Assembly: GCA_951406725.2 (NCBI GenBank) | Contig: OX597828.1 | Location: 75,082,001-75,146,000 of the forward strand | Origin: Octopus vulgaris | Taxonomy: Eukaryota | Direction: 5' to 3' | DNA: 64,000 nt | Part shown: in pieces, positions 38,281 through 52,065 of the stretch | Numbering within the stretch: the first letter of the stretch is position 1 | Layout: each line of letters opens with the position of its first letter | Position numbers and translations under genes: made by a program | Notes under the pieces: model-generated | Seen by the model: the letters and a program-made list of their open reading frames with translations, nothing else | Databases searched by the model: none | What the model was told of the DNA's origin: nothing

Positions 38281-38883
38281 CTGCAAGAAGAAGAAGAAGA
38301 AGAAAACGTTAGAAATATGGAAACAGAACAAAACAAAATAGAAACAAATTCTTGATTTCAGTTTTTTTCCTTTTTTTTTTTTCCAGTTGTCAAGAATTAA
38401 CTTTACTGATGCTGCAGGGAAGGTCACTAGTTGGATTTCAATAGAGGGGAAGGGTGGGGGGGCACAAGGGTTTGGCTACGACTGAGATGCAAGCTGGGAC
38501 TTGATCAGCCCACGGCTGGGTTTACTGTGTGAGTGGGTGCGGGTCTTGATGTTGAAGGACTTGATATGAAATCCCCTGAGAGTTCAAAAACATCACCAAT
38601 GATGCATCCCAGAATGTTTGTGAGATGAATCTTGAAACTTTAAGGAATGGAAAAGAAAAAATAAGTAAAAAGCAACAGCATGGTCGCAGTCACCTGACTG
38701 AAACAAGTAAAAGAATAAAATAATATATATATCATAATAATCATCATCATCATGGTTTAACGTCTGCTTTCCATGCTGGCATGGGTTGGACGGTTTACCT
38801 GAGAACTGACAAGCCAGGAGGCTGCACCAGGCCCCAATCTGATGGTGTTGTAACTGTCGTGGTTGTAGTAGTATCTATTTTTG

Positions 38884-39302
38884 TATTATTATTATTATTA
38901 TTATTATTATTTTCATATACACACAGCAGATTAGATTGTTGGAAAAGTAAAAGTCCTAACATTGGGCTACAATAATTAACCTTTGATGCCAAGAACCCTC
39001 CTAAGTATCTTAGCTAACCCTAAAAAACACTGTTTTCTGGTGTTGCACTAAACTGGGTTTTATGCCTATTTCCTTTATCCATCTGTTCAGATCTTTAGGG
39101 ATCGTTCCCAATATGCTTGTAACTACTGGGGTACATTTTACCTTCCCTTTTCATAGTCTCTCTCTGTAAATTCAAAAGCTGGGTCCTGGTACTTTGCTAT
39201 TTTTTCTAAACCTCTCATATTGATTTTTTCATCATTTCGGACTGGAATGTCAATTATCTGGCACTTTTTATTCTCTTTATCTACAACTACTAAATCAGGC
39301 CT
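38884..39302 (-). mobile_element. R4/Dong-type non-LTR retrotransposon 3' end (restriction-like endonuclease)
   Basis: Minus translation RPDLVVVDKENKKCQIIDIPVRNDEKINMRGLEKIAKYQD...TPVVTSILGTIPKDL...KILRRVL (PD-x12-D...EKxxKY); (AAT)n tail. Confidence 0.85.
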
Positions 39303-39499
39303 TCTATATTTTGTCTGCCTTTATGTTCTGAGTTCAATTTCTGCCAAGGTCAACTTTGCCTTTCCTCCTGTCAGCCACCAGTTCTTCCCCCACTGCTAAA
39401 ATTGCAGGCCTTGTGCCTTTAGTAGAAATAATGATAATTTCGCTTTTCATATTTAGTTTGCAAAATTCTTTATATAAATTCATGTTTTGGAACATATCT

Positions 39500-39780
39500 T
39501 ATTGTGTCTGGGGAGATTCATTCTCTTTTAATGCCTTATTAATTTAACACACTCACTGGTCCAATTTCCACTCGTTTACTTATTTATTTCTATAAAAAGT
39601 TTTATTGCATCTTGCAACCTTTTCAATATTTTCAATTGTCGTTGAAATGACTATTGAAAAGGTTGCAAGACGCAATGAAAATTTTAGTAAAAATAAATAA
39701 GTAAATGAGTGGAAATCGGACCAGTGAGTGTGTTAAATTAATAAAGCACTAAAACAGAATGACTCCCCCAGACACAGTAA
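39500..39780. mobile_element. Fold-back MITE, almost entirely palindromic
   Basis: tgtgtctgggga...aatttaacacactcactggtcc...ttgcaaccttttcaata mirrored by tattgaaaaggttgcaa...ggaccagtgagtgtgttaaatt...ccccagacaca. Confidence 0.9.
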
Positions 39781-39789
39781 ATTGATGAT

Positions 39790-40205
39790 GATCATCATCA
39801 TCGTCATTTAACGTCCACTTTCCATGCTAGCATGGGTTGGACGAATGACTGAGGACTGACGAACCAGATGGCTGCACCAGGCTTCAATCTTGATCTGGCA
39901 GAGTTTCTACAGAAACCACTCCGAGAGTGTAGTGGGTGCTTTTACGTTCCACCGGCACGGGGCCAGTCAGGCAGTACTGGCAATGACCTCGCTCGAATCT
40001 TTTTACACCTGTCACCGGCACAGGTGCCAGTAAGGCGATGCTGGTAACGATCATGCCCGAATGGTGTCTTTTACGGGCCACCGGCACGGAGGCCAGAAAG
40101 CCGCTCTGGCAATAATCACGCTCGGATGGTGCTCTTAATACTCTACTAGCACGGGGCTCGAGAGCCAGTAATGCGACGCTGGTAACGATCACACTCGAAT
40201 GGTGC
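39790..40205 (-). mobile_element. RTE 3' UTR fragment with tandem modules
   Basis: (CAT)n tail then reverse-complement modules. Confidence 0.8.
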
Positions 40206-40284
40206 AAATAAAAAAAGTAGGATAAAGATAGAGTGGGATGCAATTGAGAAATATTAAGAAAGAAGATTTTTTCGATAATAATAA

Positions 40285-40490
40285 TTCTTTATACTATAGG
40301 TACACAGCCTGAAATTTGAGAGCGGGGGCTTGTCAATTACATCAACCCCAGTGCTTATTTTATTGACTCTGAAAGGATGAAAGGCAAAGTCGACCTTGGT
40401 GGAATTTGAACTTAGAATGTAAGGACGGACGAAATGCCAGTAAGCATTTAGACTGGTGTGTTAATGATTCTGCCAGTTTGCCGTCTTCAA
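40285..40490 (-). mobile_element. SINE family B
   Basis: gaaaggatgaaaggcaaagtcgacc...ggaatttgaact. Confidence 0.8.
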
Positions 40491-40611
40491 TTCTGCCAGT
40501 TCGCAGGAGAAATGAATAAGTCTGTCTTTTCTTTCATCAAAGTATGTCTTGAGAAACTCACATAAAGATATGCCCAAGATTAAGATATGCTGAGTGAAAA
40601 TGTTCTAGAGG

Positions 40612-40774
40612 GTATGGCCGTATCCTTAAGAAGTTTGTTTTGTAACCAGGAAGTTTTCGGTTCACTCCCACAGCATGGCACTCTGGGCAAGAGTCTTCTA
40701 CTTCTAGCCCTGGCTCAACCAATGCCTTCTAAGTGCATTTGGTAGACAAAAACTGTGTGGAAGTCCTTCATGTG

Positions 40775-40809
<35 letters not shown>

Positions 40810-41000
40810 TCGTCCTGACACTCCTTGAAAACCAGTGATGGTTTGTTTATGTTCTGTAACTTAGAAATTTGGCGAAAGATATAGACAGAGGTACTTGACT
40901 TAAAAGAATAAGTACAGGTATCAATTTATTTTACCAAAACCCTTCATGGCATTGCTCCAGCATGGCTGCAGTCCAATGACCGAAACAAGTAAAAGATTGA
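40612..41000 (+). mobile_element. SINE family A, diverged
   Basis: Head, core, (TG)n and tail recognisable. Confidence 0.7.
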
Positions 41001-41343
41001 AAGAAAAACATTTACAGTCCATAGAAGTCTCTTTTCTCTAGAATATACCAAAGTCTATCTCCATAGGTGAACTGTCAATGTCTATAGAAATAGCTGACTA
41101 TCAGTCTGGTGCCAAGTAAAAATGCTGTGTTAGACCCATTCATTAACCACCATAATTTCACTGTTAATTCAACATTTAGGTTGACATTATTTCTTAGATT
41201 TTCAACTCATTCCTACTCTCCATTATCGTGATTTGGTATTTACTATATCAATAATTACGACACCATTGTTATTCTTGTCATAGAAAATGTTATTAGGTAC
41301 CTTTACCGTTTGTTTGCAGCAGTTTCACGTGATTGTCTAGAGT

Positions 41344-41397
<54 letters not shown>

Positions 41398-41614
41398 AAC
41401 AAAGTCTTATAGGAATTTGGTATAGTGTTTCCAGTCTCCATTACACGGAATTTATTTCGTTCTTGGCTTTCTTTTTTGGTTTCTGGTATTATTTTAGAGT
41501 TTTTTTTTTGTCTGTTTATTGTGTTGTAGATGTATAGAGTTTATATACATATTAATGTAATTTACTGTGTATTCAATATATATATATTTCATTGTATATA
41601 TAAGGTCTTTTTTT

Positions 41615-41980
41615 TTACACTTGTTTCAGTCATTACATTGTGGCCAAGCTGGGGTACTGCCTAGAAGAAATTTTTGTCAAATGAATCAACCCCCACTCCC
41701 AGTACTTTATTTGTTCTATCGATCTCTTTTGCTGAACCACTAGGTTGCGGGGACATAAACATACAGACACCTGTTGTCAAGCATTGGTGGGGGACAAATA
41801 CAGAGACACAAATACACACACACACATATGATGGGCTTCTTTCAGTTTCCCTCTACCAAATCCACGCATGAGGCTTTGATCAGCCCAAGGCTATAGCAGA
41901 AGACATTTACCCAAGGTGCCATGCAGTGGAATTGAACCCAGAACCATGTGGGAAGCAAGCTTCTTATCCTACAGCCTGCG
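41615..41980 (-). mobile_element. SINE family A
   Basis: Reverse-complement match. Confidence 0.8.
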
Positions 41981-42324
41981 ATAGTTTATTAGATGATGAT
42001 GGTTGCCTTGTGGAAGTTGTGTATCACAGGGTGACTACAAAGGATGCATGTTGTGTGGGCTGTGCTAGAGTTCTGGGCAGCAGGATTAGCATTACAACTA
42101 GTATTAGCAATAGTAAACACAGCAACATATTATTATTATTATTATTATTAGTTGTAGTAGCTGACAAAAATTGCAGTTAGATTTGGTAGCATCTCATTAA
42201 TTTTCATTCCAATTAAAAATTTTCCAAACCACATCTGCATATAAATTATAATCATCTGTCAACATTAACCCAACAACAAAAATATTGCCTCTACTTTGAT
42301 TACAGCTAAAAATTGATGAGTAAA

Positions 42325-42476
42325 ATACATACACACACAAACACACACATATATATATACATAAATATACATATATATATACATATATACACATATATAT
42401 ATATATATATACACACATACATACATATATACACATACATACATATATATATATATATATACACATGCATATAGGC

Positions 42477-42520
<44 letters not shown>

Positions 42521-43185
42521 ATACATATATATACACATACATATAAATATATATATATACATACATACACACACATATATATATATGCATACATACATAC
42601 ACATACATACATGCACATACATACATATATATATATATATACATACATACACATATATACATATATATATATATACACATACATACATACATATATATAT
42701 ATATATACATACATACACATATATATATATATATATATATACATACATACACATATATATATATATATATATATACACATACATACACATACATACATAT
42801 ATATATATACAAATACATACATGCACATACATACATATATATATATACACATACATACACATACATACATATATATATATACACATACATACATACACAT
42901 ACATACATATATATATATACACATACATACATACACATATATACATATATATATATATATACACATACATACACATATATATATATATACACATACATAC
43001 ATACATACATATATATATATACACATACATACATACATATATATATATATATACACATACATACATACATATATATATATATACACATACATACATACAT
43101 ACATATATATATATATACACATACATACATACATATATATATATACACATACATATATATACATAAATATATATATACACTCACA

Positions 43186-43219
<34 letters not shown>

Positions 43220-43220
43220 C

Positions 43221-43271
<51 letters not shown>

Positions 43272-44080
43272 CATATATATATATATACATACATATATAC
43301 ACACATATATATATATACATACATACATATATACATACATACATATATATATATACATACATACATATATATACACACATACATATATATATACACACAT
43401 ACGTATATATATATATATACATACAAACGTATAAATATACATACATACGTATATATATATACATACATATATATATACACACATACATATATATATACAT
43501 ACATACGTATATATATACATACGTATATATATACACACATACATATATATATACATACATACGTATATATATACATACATACATATGTATTATATACATA
43601 CATATATATATACATACATACGTATATATATACATACATACACACACATATATATACATACATATATATATATACACATACATATATATATATATATACA
43701 TACATATATATATATACATACATACATATATATATACATACATACAAACGATGATGATGATACATACATACATATATATACATACATACATATATACATA
43801 CATATATATATACATACATACATATATATATATACATACGTACATATATATATATACATACGTACATATATATATATATACATACACACATATATATATA
43901 CATACACACATATATATATATATACATACACACATACATATATATATATACATACATACATACATATATATATATGCATACACACATATACATACACACA
44001 TAATCATATATATACACACACACATAATACATATATACATACACACACACACATATACATACATATATGTATGTATGTAT
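42325..44080. repeat. ~1.75-kb compound (TA)n/(TACA)n/(CA)n array
   Basis: Direct inspection; source of the 625-aa and 517-aa artefactual ORFs. Confidence 0.95.
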
Positions 44081-44189
44081 AAACTGGAATATATCTTCAG
44101 TCTTTCCCTTGTCTCATTAAAATGCAGCTTTGCTCCTTGCATTTCTTTGAAGGTTTTTTTTTGAACAAATTCGTCTCAGTACTTTTCTC

Positions 44190-44895
44190 CTTTAAGCTCG
44201 GTACTCATGTACTTATTCTATCAGTTTCTCTTTGCCAAATCTCAAAGTTTCAGGAATGTAAACAAACTATCACACACACACACACACATGTATATATGCA
44301 CAACAAATTTCTTTCACTTTCCGTCTGCCAAATCCACTCACAAGGCTTTGGTTGGCCCAAGGATATAATAGAAGACATTTGCCCAAGGTGCCACACAGCA
44401 GGACTGAACTCAGAACCATGTGGTTCTGTAGGAAGCTTCTTACCACACAGCCACCCCTGTGCCCATGTATGTAGTGTATGAAAATCTGTGTTTCCTTGTG
44501 TGTATACATGTTTATGTAAATAGGCGCAGGCATGGTTGTGTGGTAAGAAGCTTACTTCCCAACCACATGGCTCTGGGTTCAGTCCCACCATAGCCTCAAG
44601 CTGACCAAAACCTTGTGAGTGGATTTGGTAGACAGAAACTGAAAGAAGTCCTTCATATATATGTATATATATGTGTGTCTTTGTGTCTGTGTTTGTCCCT
44701 TCTTCATCACTTAACAACCGGTGTTGGTGTGTTTACATTCTTGTAACTTAACGGTTCAGCAAAGGAGACTGATAGAATAAGTCCTAGGCTTAAAACAGCA
44801 TAAGTACTGGGGTCAATTTCTTTGAGTCAAGTTCCTCAAAACATTGCCCCAGCATGGCCACAGTCTAATGACTGAAACAAGTAAAAGATAAAAGA
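44190..44895. mobile_element. Head-to-head pair of SINE family A copies (-44190-44465; +44522-44895)
   Basis: Two heads ~55 bp apart in opposite orientation. Confidence 0.8.
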
Positions 44896-44917
44896 TAATA
44901 ACAACAATAATAATAAC

Positions 44918-44970
<53 letters not shown>

Positions 44971-44994
44971 TAATAATAACAACAACAACAATAA

Positions 44995-45212
44995 TCCTTT
45001 TCTACTGGAAGCACAAAGCCTCAAATTTGTGACAAGGGATTAAGTCAATTATATTGACCCCAGTGTGTAACTGGTACTTATTTAATCAACCCCGAAAGGA
45101 TGGAAGAGAAAGTTGACCCTGGTGGAATTTGAACTCAGAATGTAGCAGCAGATGAAATACCGCTAAGCATTTTGCTCAACGTGTTAACGATTCTTCTAGC
45201 TTACCACCTTAA
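44995..45212 (-). mobile_element. SINE family B inserted in (AAT)n
   Basis: Family B sequence flanked on both sides by (AAT)n. Confidence 0.8.
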
Positions 45213-45259
45213 AAATAATAATAATAACAATAATAATAATAATAATGACAGTTCTTGTT

Positions 45260-45740
45260 GATAGTAAGTTCAAAGTTTTGCTAGTGGTAGCTTATTGAAA
45301 TTGTACATTTGGAAGGAGCTGGAAGGGCCTAAGAGGGAATGTGGTTGAAGGGTTTAAATACTGTGAGGAAGGATGGAATTAACCAAAATTGGGAACAGAA
45401 TTAACAATCGAGGAAGTGTCATTGGCTGAAGGAATGGCAGGGGCTAGAATTTAAATTGGACAAACTGTGAGTGCAAGGAGAGAGGTAGGGGTTAATGTGA
45501 AATAGAAGTTAGGGTAGGTACAAGAAAAATTAAGGGGTTAGAACTAGAGGGGGGAAATCCAGTGGTGTGTGCTTAGATGAATGGAATGATTCAATGTAAG
45601 TACGAGAGTTAATTGATTAAAAATGGCAGCAGATTTAAGAGAAATGGCATTTGTTATAAATAACCGAAGAGTTAGAGAAGGCAGCTGTAGATCTATAAAA
45701 GATGTCTACCTTAGATTAAATTTACAGTTAGAGATTTGGA
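45260..45740 (-). mobile_element. Degenerate CR1/L2-type LINE 3' region
   Basis: Pyrimidine-rich minus strand with weak 'RTH...FKF...VP.W.NSIP'-like pattern. Confidence 0.4.
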
Positions 45741-46304
45741 AAAGATTTCATTATTTAAAGAAAATCGTTAAGATGTATTAAGCAGTAAATCTCTTTTGGA
45801 TATAAGCTACTCTCTTTCGAAAGAAAGATTCGTTGGGAAATGTAGTCCCTGATATACAGAGAGACAGGATGGTCATGGCTGGAATTCCTCTGATTATAAG
45901 TATACTCAATCTGGACAGACCTGGGGTTAAATAACAACAACAATGCCTAGAACAAGATTAATCACAAAAAATATGGAAATGGTTACAGTAACGACGTGCA
46001 AACCCAGAGACATCAAAATCAACAATTAGAAACAATTAAAATAGCAATCATAAGAGCAACGTCAATAGCAACAAGAACAACAATGAATATAAGGAGCAGG
46101 AAGTACAACGAGAACAACAATAACAACAACAAGCAGAATGACAGCAGAACATAGCAACAACCGAATTGATACAAAAATAACAACAACCAAAACAACAGCA
46201 AAAACAAGATCAACATGACTGGAAATAATGTTGTGATGAGTTCTGTCATTGAAACTAAAATCTCGAAATAGGCACAGGTGAGAGGACAGGTGTGGACAGG
46301 TGTG

Positions 46305-46725
46305 AGCATGGCTGTGTGGTAAGAAAATTGCATCCTAACCACATGGTTCCAGGTTCAGTCCCAGTGTGTGGAACCTTAGGCAAGTGTCTTCTATGATAGC
46401 CTCGGATTAGACCAAAGCCTTGTAGGTGGATATGGTAAAGGGAAACTGAAAGAAGCCTGTCATATATGTATGACTTTGTCTGTGCTTATCCCCCACAACC
46501 ACATGACAACTGATGTTGGTCTGTTTATGTGGCCATAACTTTGCAGTCCAGCAAAAGAGACTGGTAGAATAAGTAACAGGTTTAGCAAAAAAAAAAGAAA
46601 GAAAAAAAGAAAGAAAAAAAAAGAAACAAAAAATTAAGTAGAGGGGTTGATTTGTTTGACTAAGAATTTTTCAAGGTGGTGCCCCAGCATGGCCGCAGTC
46701 TAATAACTGCAACAAGTAAAAGGCA
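46305..46725 (+). mobile_element. SINE family A
   Basis: Head, core and tail. Confidence 0.8.
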
Positions 46726-46929
46726 GAAAATTGTAAGGAAATAATGAATTTCCATAATAGATGTGATGCCACCAACTTTGGTGGAATTTATTGTCAAGTA
46801 TATTGGTTCAAGTTTTTTATTTTATTGACCTCTGGAAGGTTGAAAGGTAAAGTTAACCTGTGCAAGATTTGAATTCAGAACTGAGAGAGCATTTAATTGG
46901 TAGACTTAATTGATTATTAGGCTTAATCT

Positions 46930-48480
46930 ATTAACATTCAGGTTAGCTTTCATATGCTTTGAATTAATCATTTATTTATTTATTTATTGCCAACAGGGAG
47001 CTAAATGTAGAGGGGACAAACAAGGACAGACAAACAGATTAAGTTGATTACATTGATCCCAGTGCATAACTGGTACTTATTTAATCGACCCCGAAAGGAT
47101 GAAAGGCAAAGTCGACCTCGGCGGAATTTGAACTCAGAACATAACAGCAGATGAAATACCGCTAAGCATTTTACCCAGTGTGCTAATGATTCTGCCAGCT
47201 CACTGCCCGGAATTATTATCTCATAGCTTTGTGATATTTTGATGGTGTGATTGTTTATTTTCAGAATGACATTGCAGGGTAGGTGTAAGAGGCTGAACCT
47301 GGGTGGTTTGAACATAAGACGGAATGTTTGATCAGATATTACCAGTTTAAATACTAAAGCATTAACATTCGGATTTCTTTGTCAAAATCTAATGTTTTTT
47401 ATTAATATTACTATCTTGTGCCTTAAGGCAGCAAGCTGGCAGAATTGTTAGCACACTGGACAAAATGCTTAGTGGTATTGCGCCTGTTGCTATGTTCTGA
47501 GTTCAAATTCTGCTGAGGTTGACTTTGCCTTTCATCCTTTCAGGGGTTGATATATTAAGTACCAGTTGAGCACTGGGGTCAATGTAATCAACTCATCCCC
47601 TCCCCCAAAATGGCTGCTCTTGTGGCAAAATTTGAAACCATTTTTATGTTGCAGCTTCAAGATTATGATGGTGTGATTATTTATTTTTAGAATGACATTG
47701 TAGGGTAAGAGTGAGATGTTGGATCTGGCCAGCTTAAGTATGAAAGAGGCAGAGCATATCAGCTGAATATGGCCAGTTTAAATGCTTATTTATTGATATT
47801 ATTATGTTGTGGCTTCAAGATTTTGATGGTGTGAGTGTTTATTTTTAGAATGACATTGTTGGATAGGTGTAAGAGGCCAGATCTGGCTGGTTTCAATGTA
47901 AAGCAGGTTGAATATTTGGGTCTGATATGGCCAGTTTAAACGCTGAACACCTGGCACTATGGGTGGTTTTAGGGGATTCCACTCTACTGGAAACATTCGG
48001 GCCTGGTTTGAGGATATCTTCCTCTCTCCTTTCCTGCCTCGCATCACAAAGGACCATCTCCCCTACCCTTCTCCTCCCTGTCTAAGCCTGACTTTCCACC
48101 AATTTCTATCAATCATCTGCTCTTTGGAAGAAACTTGAAAATTTTGCCACCATTCCAAAAACACTGGTTTTAAAATTTGGCATAAAGCTAGAAATTTCAG
48201 TTTGGGGGTAAGACAATTATATCAACCCCAGTATGCAACTGGTATTTAATTTATTGACCCTGACAGGATGAAAGGCAAAGCTGACCTCGGTAGAGTTTGA
48301 ACTCAGAACGTAAAGACAAATGAAAGGCTGCTAAGCATTTTGCCCGGTGAGCTAACGTTTTAAATTTTGGCACAAGGCCAGCAATTTGAAAGGAGAGGAA
48401 AGTTGATTACACCGACCCCAGTACACAACTGGTACTTATTTTATCAGCCATGAAAGAATGAAAGGCAAAGTCGACCTCGT
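46930..48480. mobile_element. Nested cluster: four SINE family B copies plus three copies of a ~150-bp MITE-like segment
   Basis: SINE B at ~46985(-), 47425(+), 48165(-), 48362(-); the segment gatggtgtga..tttattttt(c/t)agaatgacattg...ccagtttaaa at ~47235, 47660 and 47820. Confidence 0.75.
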
Positions 48481-48659
48481 ACATAATTCTTCACTAAACT
48501 GCATTACATAACACTACAACCTAGGCTAGACTACACCACACAACAACACACTACACCACACTATGTCACACTTCACCCTCACCCTATATGGCACTATGCC
48601 ACCACACTGCAATGCACCATCCTATGCTGCTGCATTTCTCAAGAACCTGGCAGTACAAT

Positions 48660-49005
48660 AGGCATGGTTGTGTTGTAAGATATTTGCGTCCCAATCACAT
48701 GGTTCCAGGTTCAGTCCCACTGTGTGGCACCTTGGGCAAGTATCTTCTACTATTGCCTTGGGCCAACTAAAATTTTGTGAGTAGATTTGGAAGGCAGAAA
48801 CTGAAAGAGGCCCAATATATATATATATATATACGTGTGTGTGTGTGTGTGTGTGCGTCTTTGTATTTGTCCCCCCCACCCTTGAACCCCTTAACTTAGT
48901 GGTTCAGTAAATAAGTACCAGGTTTAAAAAATCTATTCAACTGAAAATCAAAGGTATTGCTCCAGCATGGCCACAGTCTAATGACTGAAAGCAAGTAAAA
49001 GATAA
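48660..49005 (+). mobile_element. SINE family A
   Basis: Head, core and tail. Confidence 0.8.
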
Positions 49006-49767
49006 AAAGGAAACATAATGTTGTCAATCAACTATATTCTATACAAAATAACCAAAAATCTTCAAGACAGACACACACACACACACGATCATACTCACAT
49101 AACCACACACACACACACACACACACAGACATGCACTATCATCACCCCCCCACACATACACCACTATGCACACATATCCCTCAGGCCTTACACCCACGCT
49201 CACACCACCATATGCATTTACATACCCCACCACACCTACACTCACTCCAAAACCTACATTCACCTCACCTCCGCACCCTGCTATGCATTCTCCCTCACAC
49301 ACACATACACATGCACACATATGCTCATTGTTGCACATGCACACATATATACAGTTGCACATGATGACTTATATGCACATATATAACCAGACTCATACAA
49401 AGAAGCATGCATGTAGATTCATACACGTACACACATATGCACAGACACAAATATATACACACAGATACATACGCATGAAAACATATATACATAATACACA
49501 TATTCGTACACACATACATATATACAAATGCATCCACTTATGCATGTATACCTACATACACACACACATGTGCATATGTAAACACACACACATAAAAATG
49601 CACACACACGTGCATACACACATGCATACATAAACACACACACATGCATACACACACACACATATATACAAATGCACATACACGCGCATGCATATGTAAA
49701 CACACACACATAAAAATGCACACACACACATGCATACACACATGCATACATAAACACACACATGCAT

Positions 49768-49798
<31 letters not shown>

Positions 49799-50850
49799 CA
49801 AATAACACACGCACTGATGCATATATAAACATGATATATAATAAAATATACACACACACATATAAACACATAGGAATATACACACATATATAAACACATA
49901 GGAATATACACACATATATAAACACATAGGAACAATATCTTGAGGCTTTTCAGTTTGTGGTTTTCTCTGAGTAGATTGTTTTTTTCCCCAATATTTATAT
50001 ATTTCTACATTTCCAACAATAGTTTTCAAAATCAGATTCTCCTCATTCCATTTTACCTATTATCAGCTTTAATATTTTATTCTTCCAACACAAAAATCAT
50101 GTTTTTTACGTAAACAAAGTTCACTTGGTGCACAAAGTATGTGGAATACTATGTCAATGTAAAAAAACAGCAAAAATCCCCCCAAAAATCTTTGACTAAA
50201 GACAGAAACTTCATTCTTATGTTTGTGTTAAGACAAACTGACGCTTGGCATTCCTGACTTGCTGGCCTCTGTCACTATCATTACCCATATTCCGTCCAGT
50301 CATGATATCTCTCATACTAACTTCACTTTTCTCCATTTTCTCGCTCCCTAGGACATCATCCCCTAGGGAATAAACTCCCAGCCCATGTTTATCCAGTTGT
50401 CATCAACTTGTAACTCTTTAAGAAGAATACACCTGTCACATCAGTCTCACAGAAGCTATAAAGGCTTTGGGTACTTTCCCTTCTTCAAAAACCCATCATT
50501 AAACTGAAAAGAATGGTTTATGTGCATGATATTGTCATTCAGAAGACAAGTTTGGTTTCAAAATTCCTCTTTAACTTTCCAGCTGTCTTAAGAATTAGAA
50601 AATAATTGAGATATTATGAAAATTGTTGAAATGGTCTTTAGAAATTGAAAATATCTTTTTTGCTCTCTCTTTCTCTTGCCTTTGTTCTTTTCTCACTTAT
50701 GCTCTTTCTCTCTCTTATCTCTCTTTCTTGTTCATTCTCTCCCTCCCTTCTTCTCTACTGTGCTCTCTCTTTCTCACAACTTATCTCTCCCTCTCTCTCA
50801 TTTGCTGTCTATTTCTTTCTCCTTTGAGCTCTCTCTCTCCCCTCCACTCT

Positions 50851-50888
<38 letters not shown>

Positions 50889-52012
50889 GCCAATTACCAA
50901 GACAAAATGACAGCACCAGTCTTAGACAACAGCCTGGACACAAAGCTGGTGTTTGAAATATAAAGATTGATGAGAATGCTCCACAACAATTTCTTTAAAC
51001 ATACTGGGTTAGGGGTATGTGACCCATGGATGCATTTAACTCCACCACTGCCCATCATTCAAACTAGATTTCCAGTCCTAACATATTTTGATGCTCTTCT
51101 CCATACTGCATCTTCCTTCGTCTATGTCACAGTTTGTAACAGGTACAAAGGGTAAAGTGATTCTCAAGCTGAGGACCATCATCATTATCATCACCATCAT
51201 CGTCATCATTGTTTAACAGCCGTTAAATGATGATGATGTTTTTTTTTATGGTGGTATGGGTTCGATAGCTTGACAGGAGCTGGCAAGGCCAGAAACTGCA
51301 CCAGGTTTCATAAATCTGTTTTTGGCTTGGTTCTTACAGGTGGATGCCTTTCCTAGTGCCAACCACTTTACAGAGCGGTCTGGGTGCTTTTTATGTGGTA
51401 CCAGCACTAGTGCTTTTTATGTGGTACCAGCACCAGTGCTTTTTATGTGGTACCAGTGTCAGTGCTTTTTATGTGGTAGCAACACCAAATGCTGGTGTAA
51501 GCTGTCCTGTCTATCAATAGACAGTCCAGCAATGGTTAACTTCCAGCTGGTCCACTCACAGAGATGGAAGTAGAGGTGAGTTGCAGCCATCAGTGGCAAG
51601 TTCTTTGCCAAATCTTAAAGCCATCCCTCAGTCACAGACTCCACCAGGATGCCTTTGATTGAGTCATAAATAATCGCACATACTCATTTTCAGAGTTTTG
51701 CAACTGGCTTTTGCTGCTCAGTTTTATTGTAAATATTAAAATAAGAAAATGAATAAATAATATATTGATATATTGATAACAGTGATAAATAAATATCAGA
51801 CAGTGAAGAAATATTTCATACAATGTGGATTTGGAAGATATTGGTTGTTCTGTTAGAATTTCTCGGAAGGAAAATAACTCAATTATCAAACTTACAGTAG
51901 CTTAAATAACAACTTCCCTTCGCTTGTGATACATCAAAGGAAGTTACTATCAATGTATAACTACACATTTGCACAATCACAGTAGACATACACCTATACA
52001 CACAGACACTGC

Positions 52013-52065
<53 letters not shown>

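Noticed and set aside
42197-44164. Long ORFs (up to 625 aa) rich in Y/I/C/V/M/H/T; likewise 16071-17319, 26248-27050, 58675-59344
   Set aside because: Translations of stop-poor (TA)/(CA)/(TACA) microsatellites, open in several frames on both strands.
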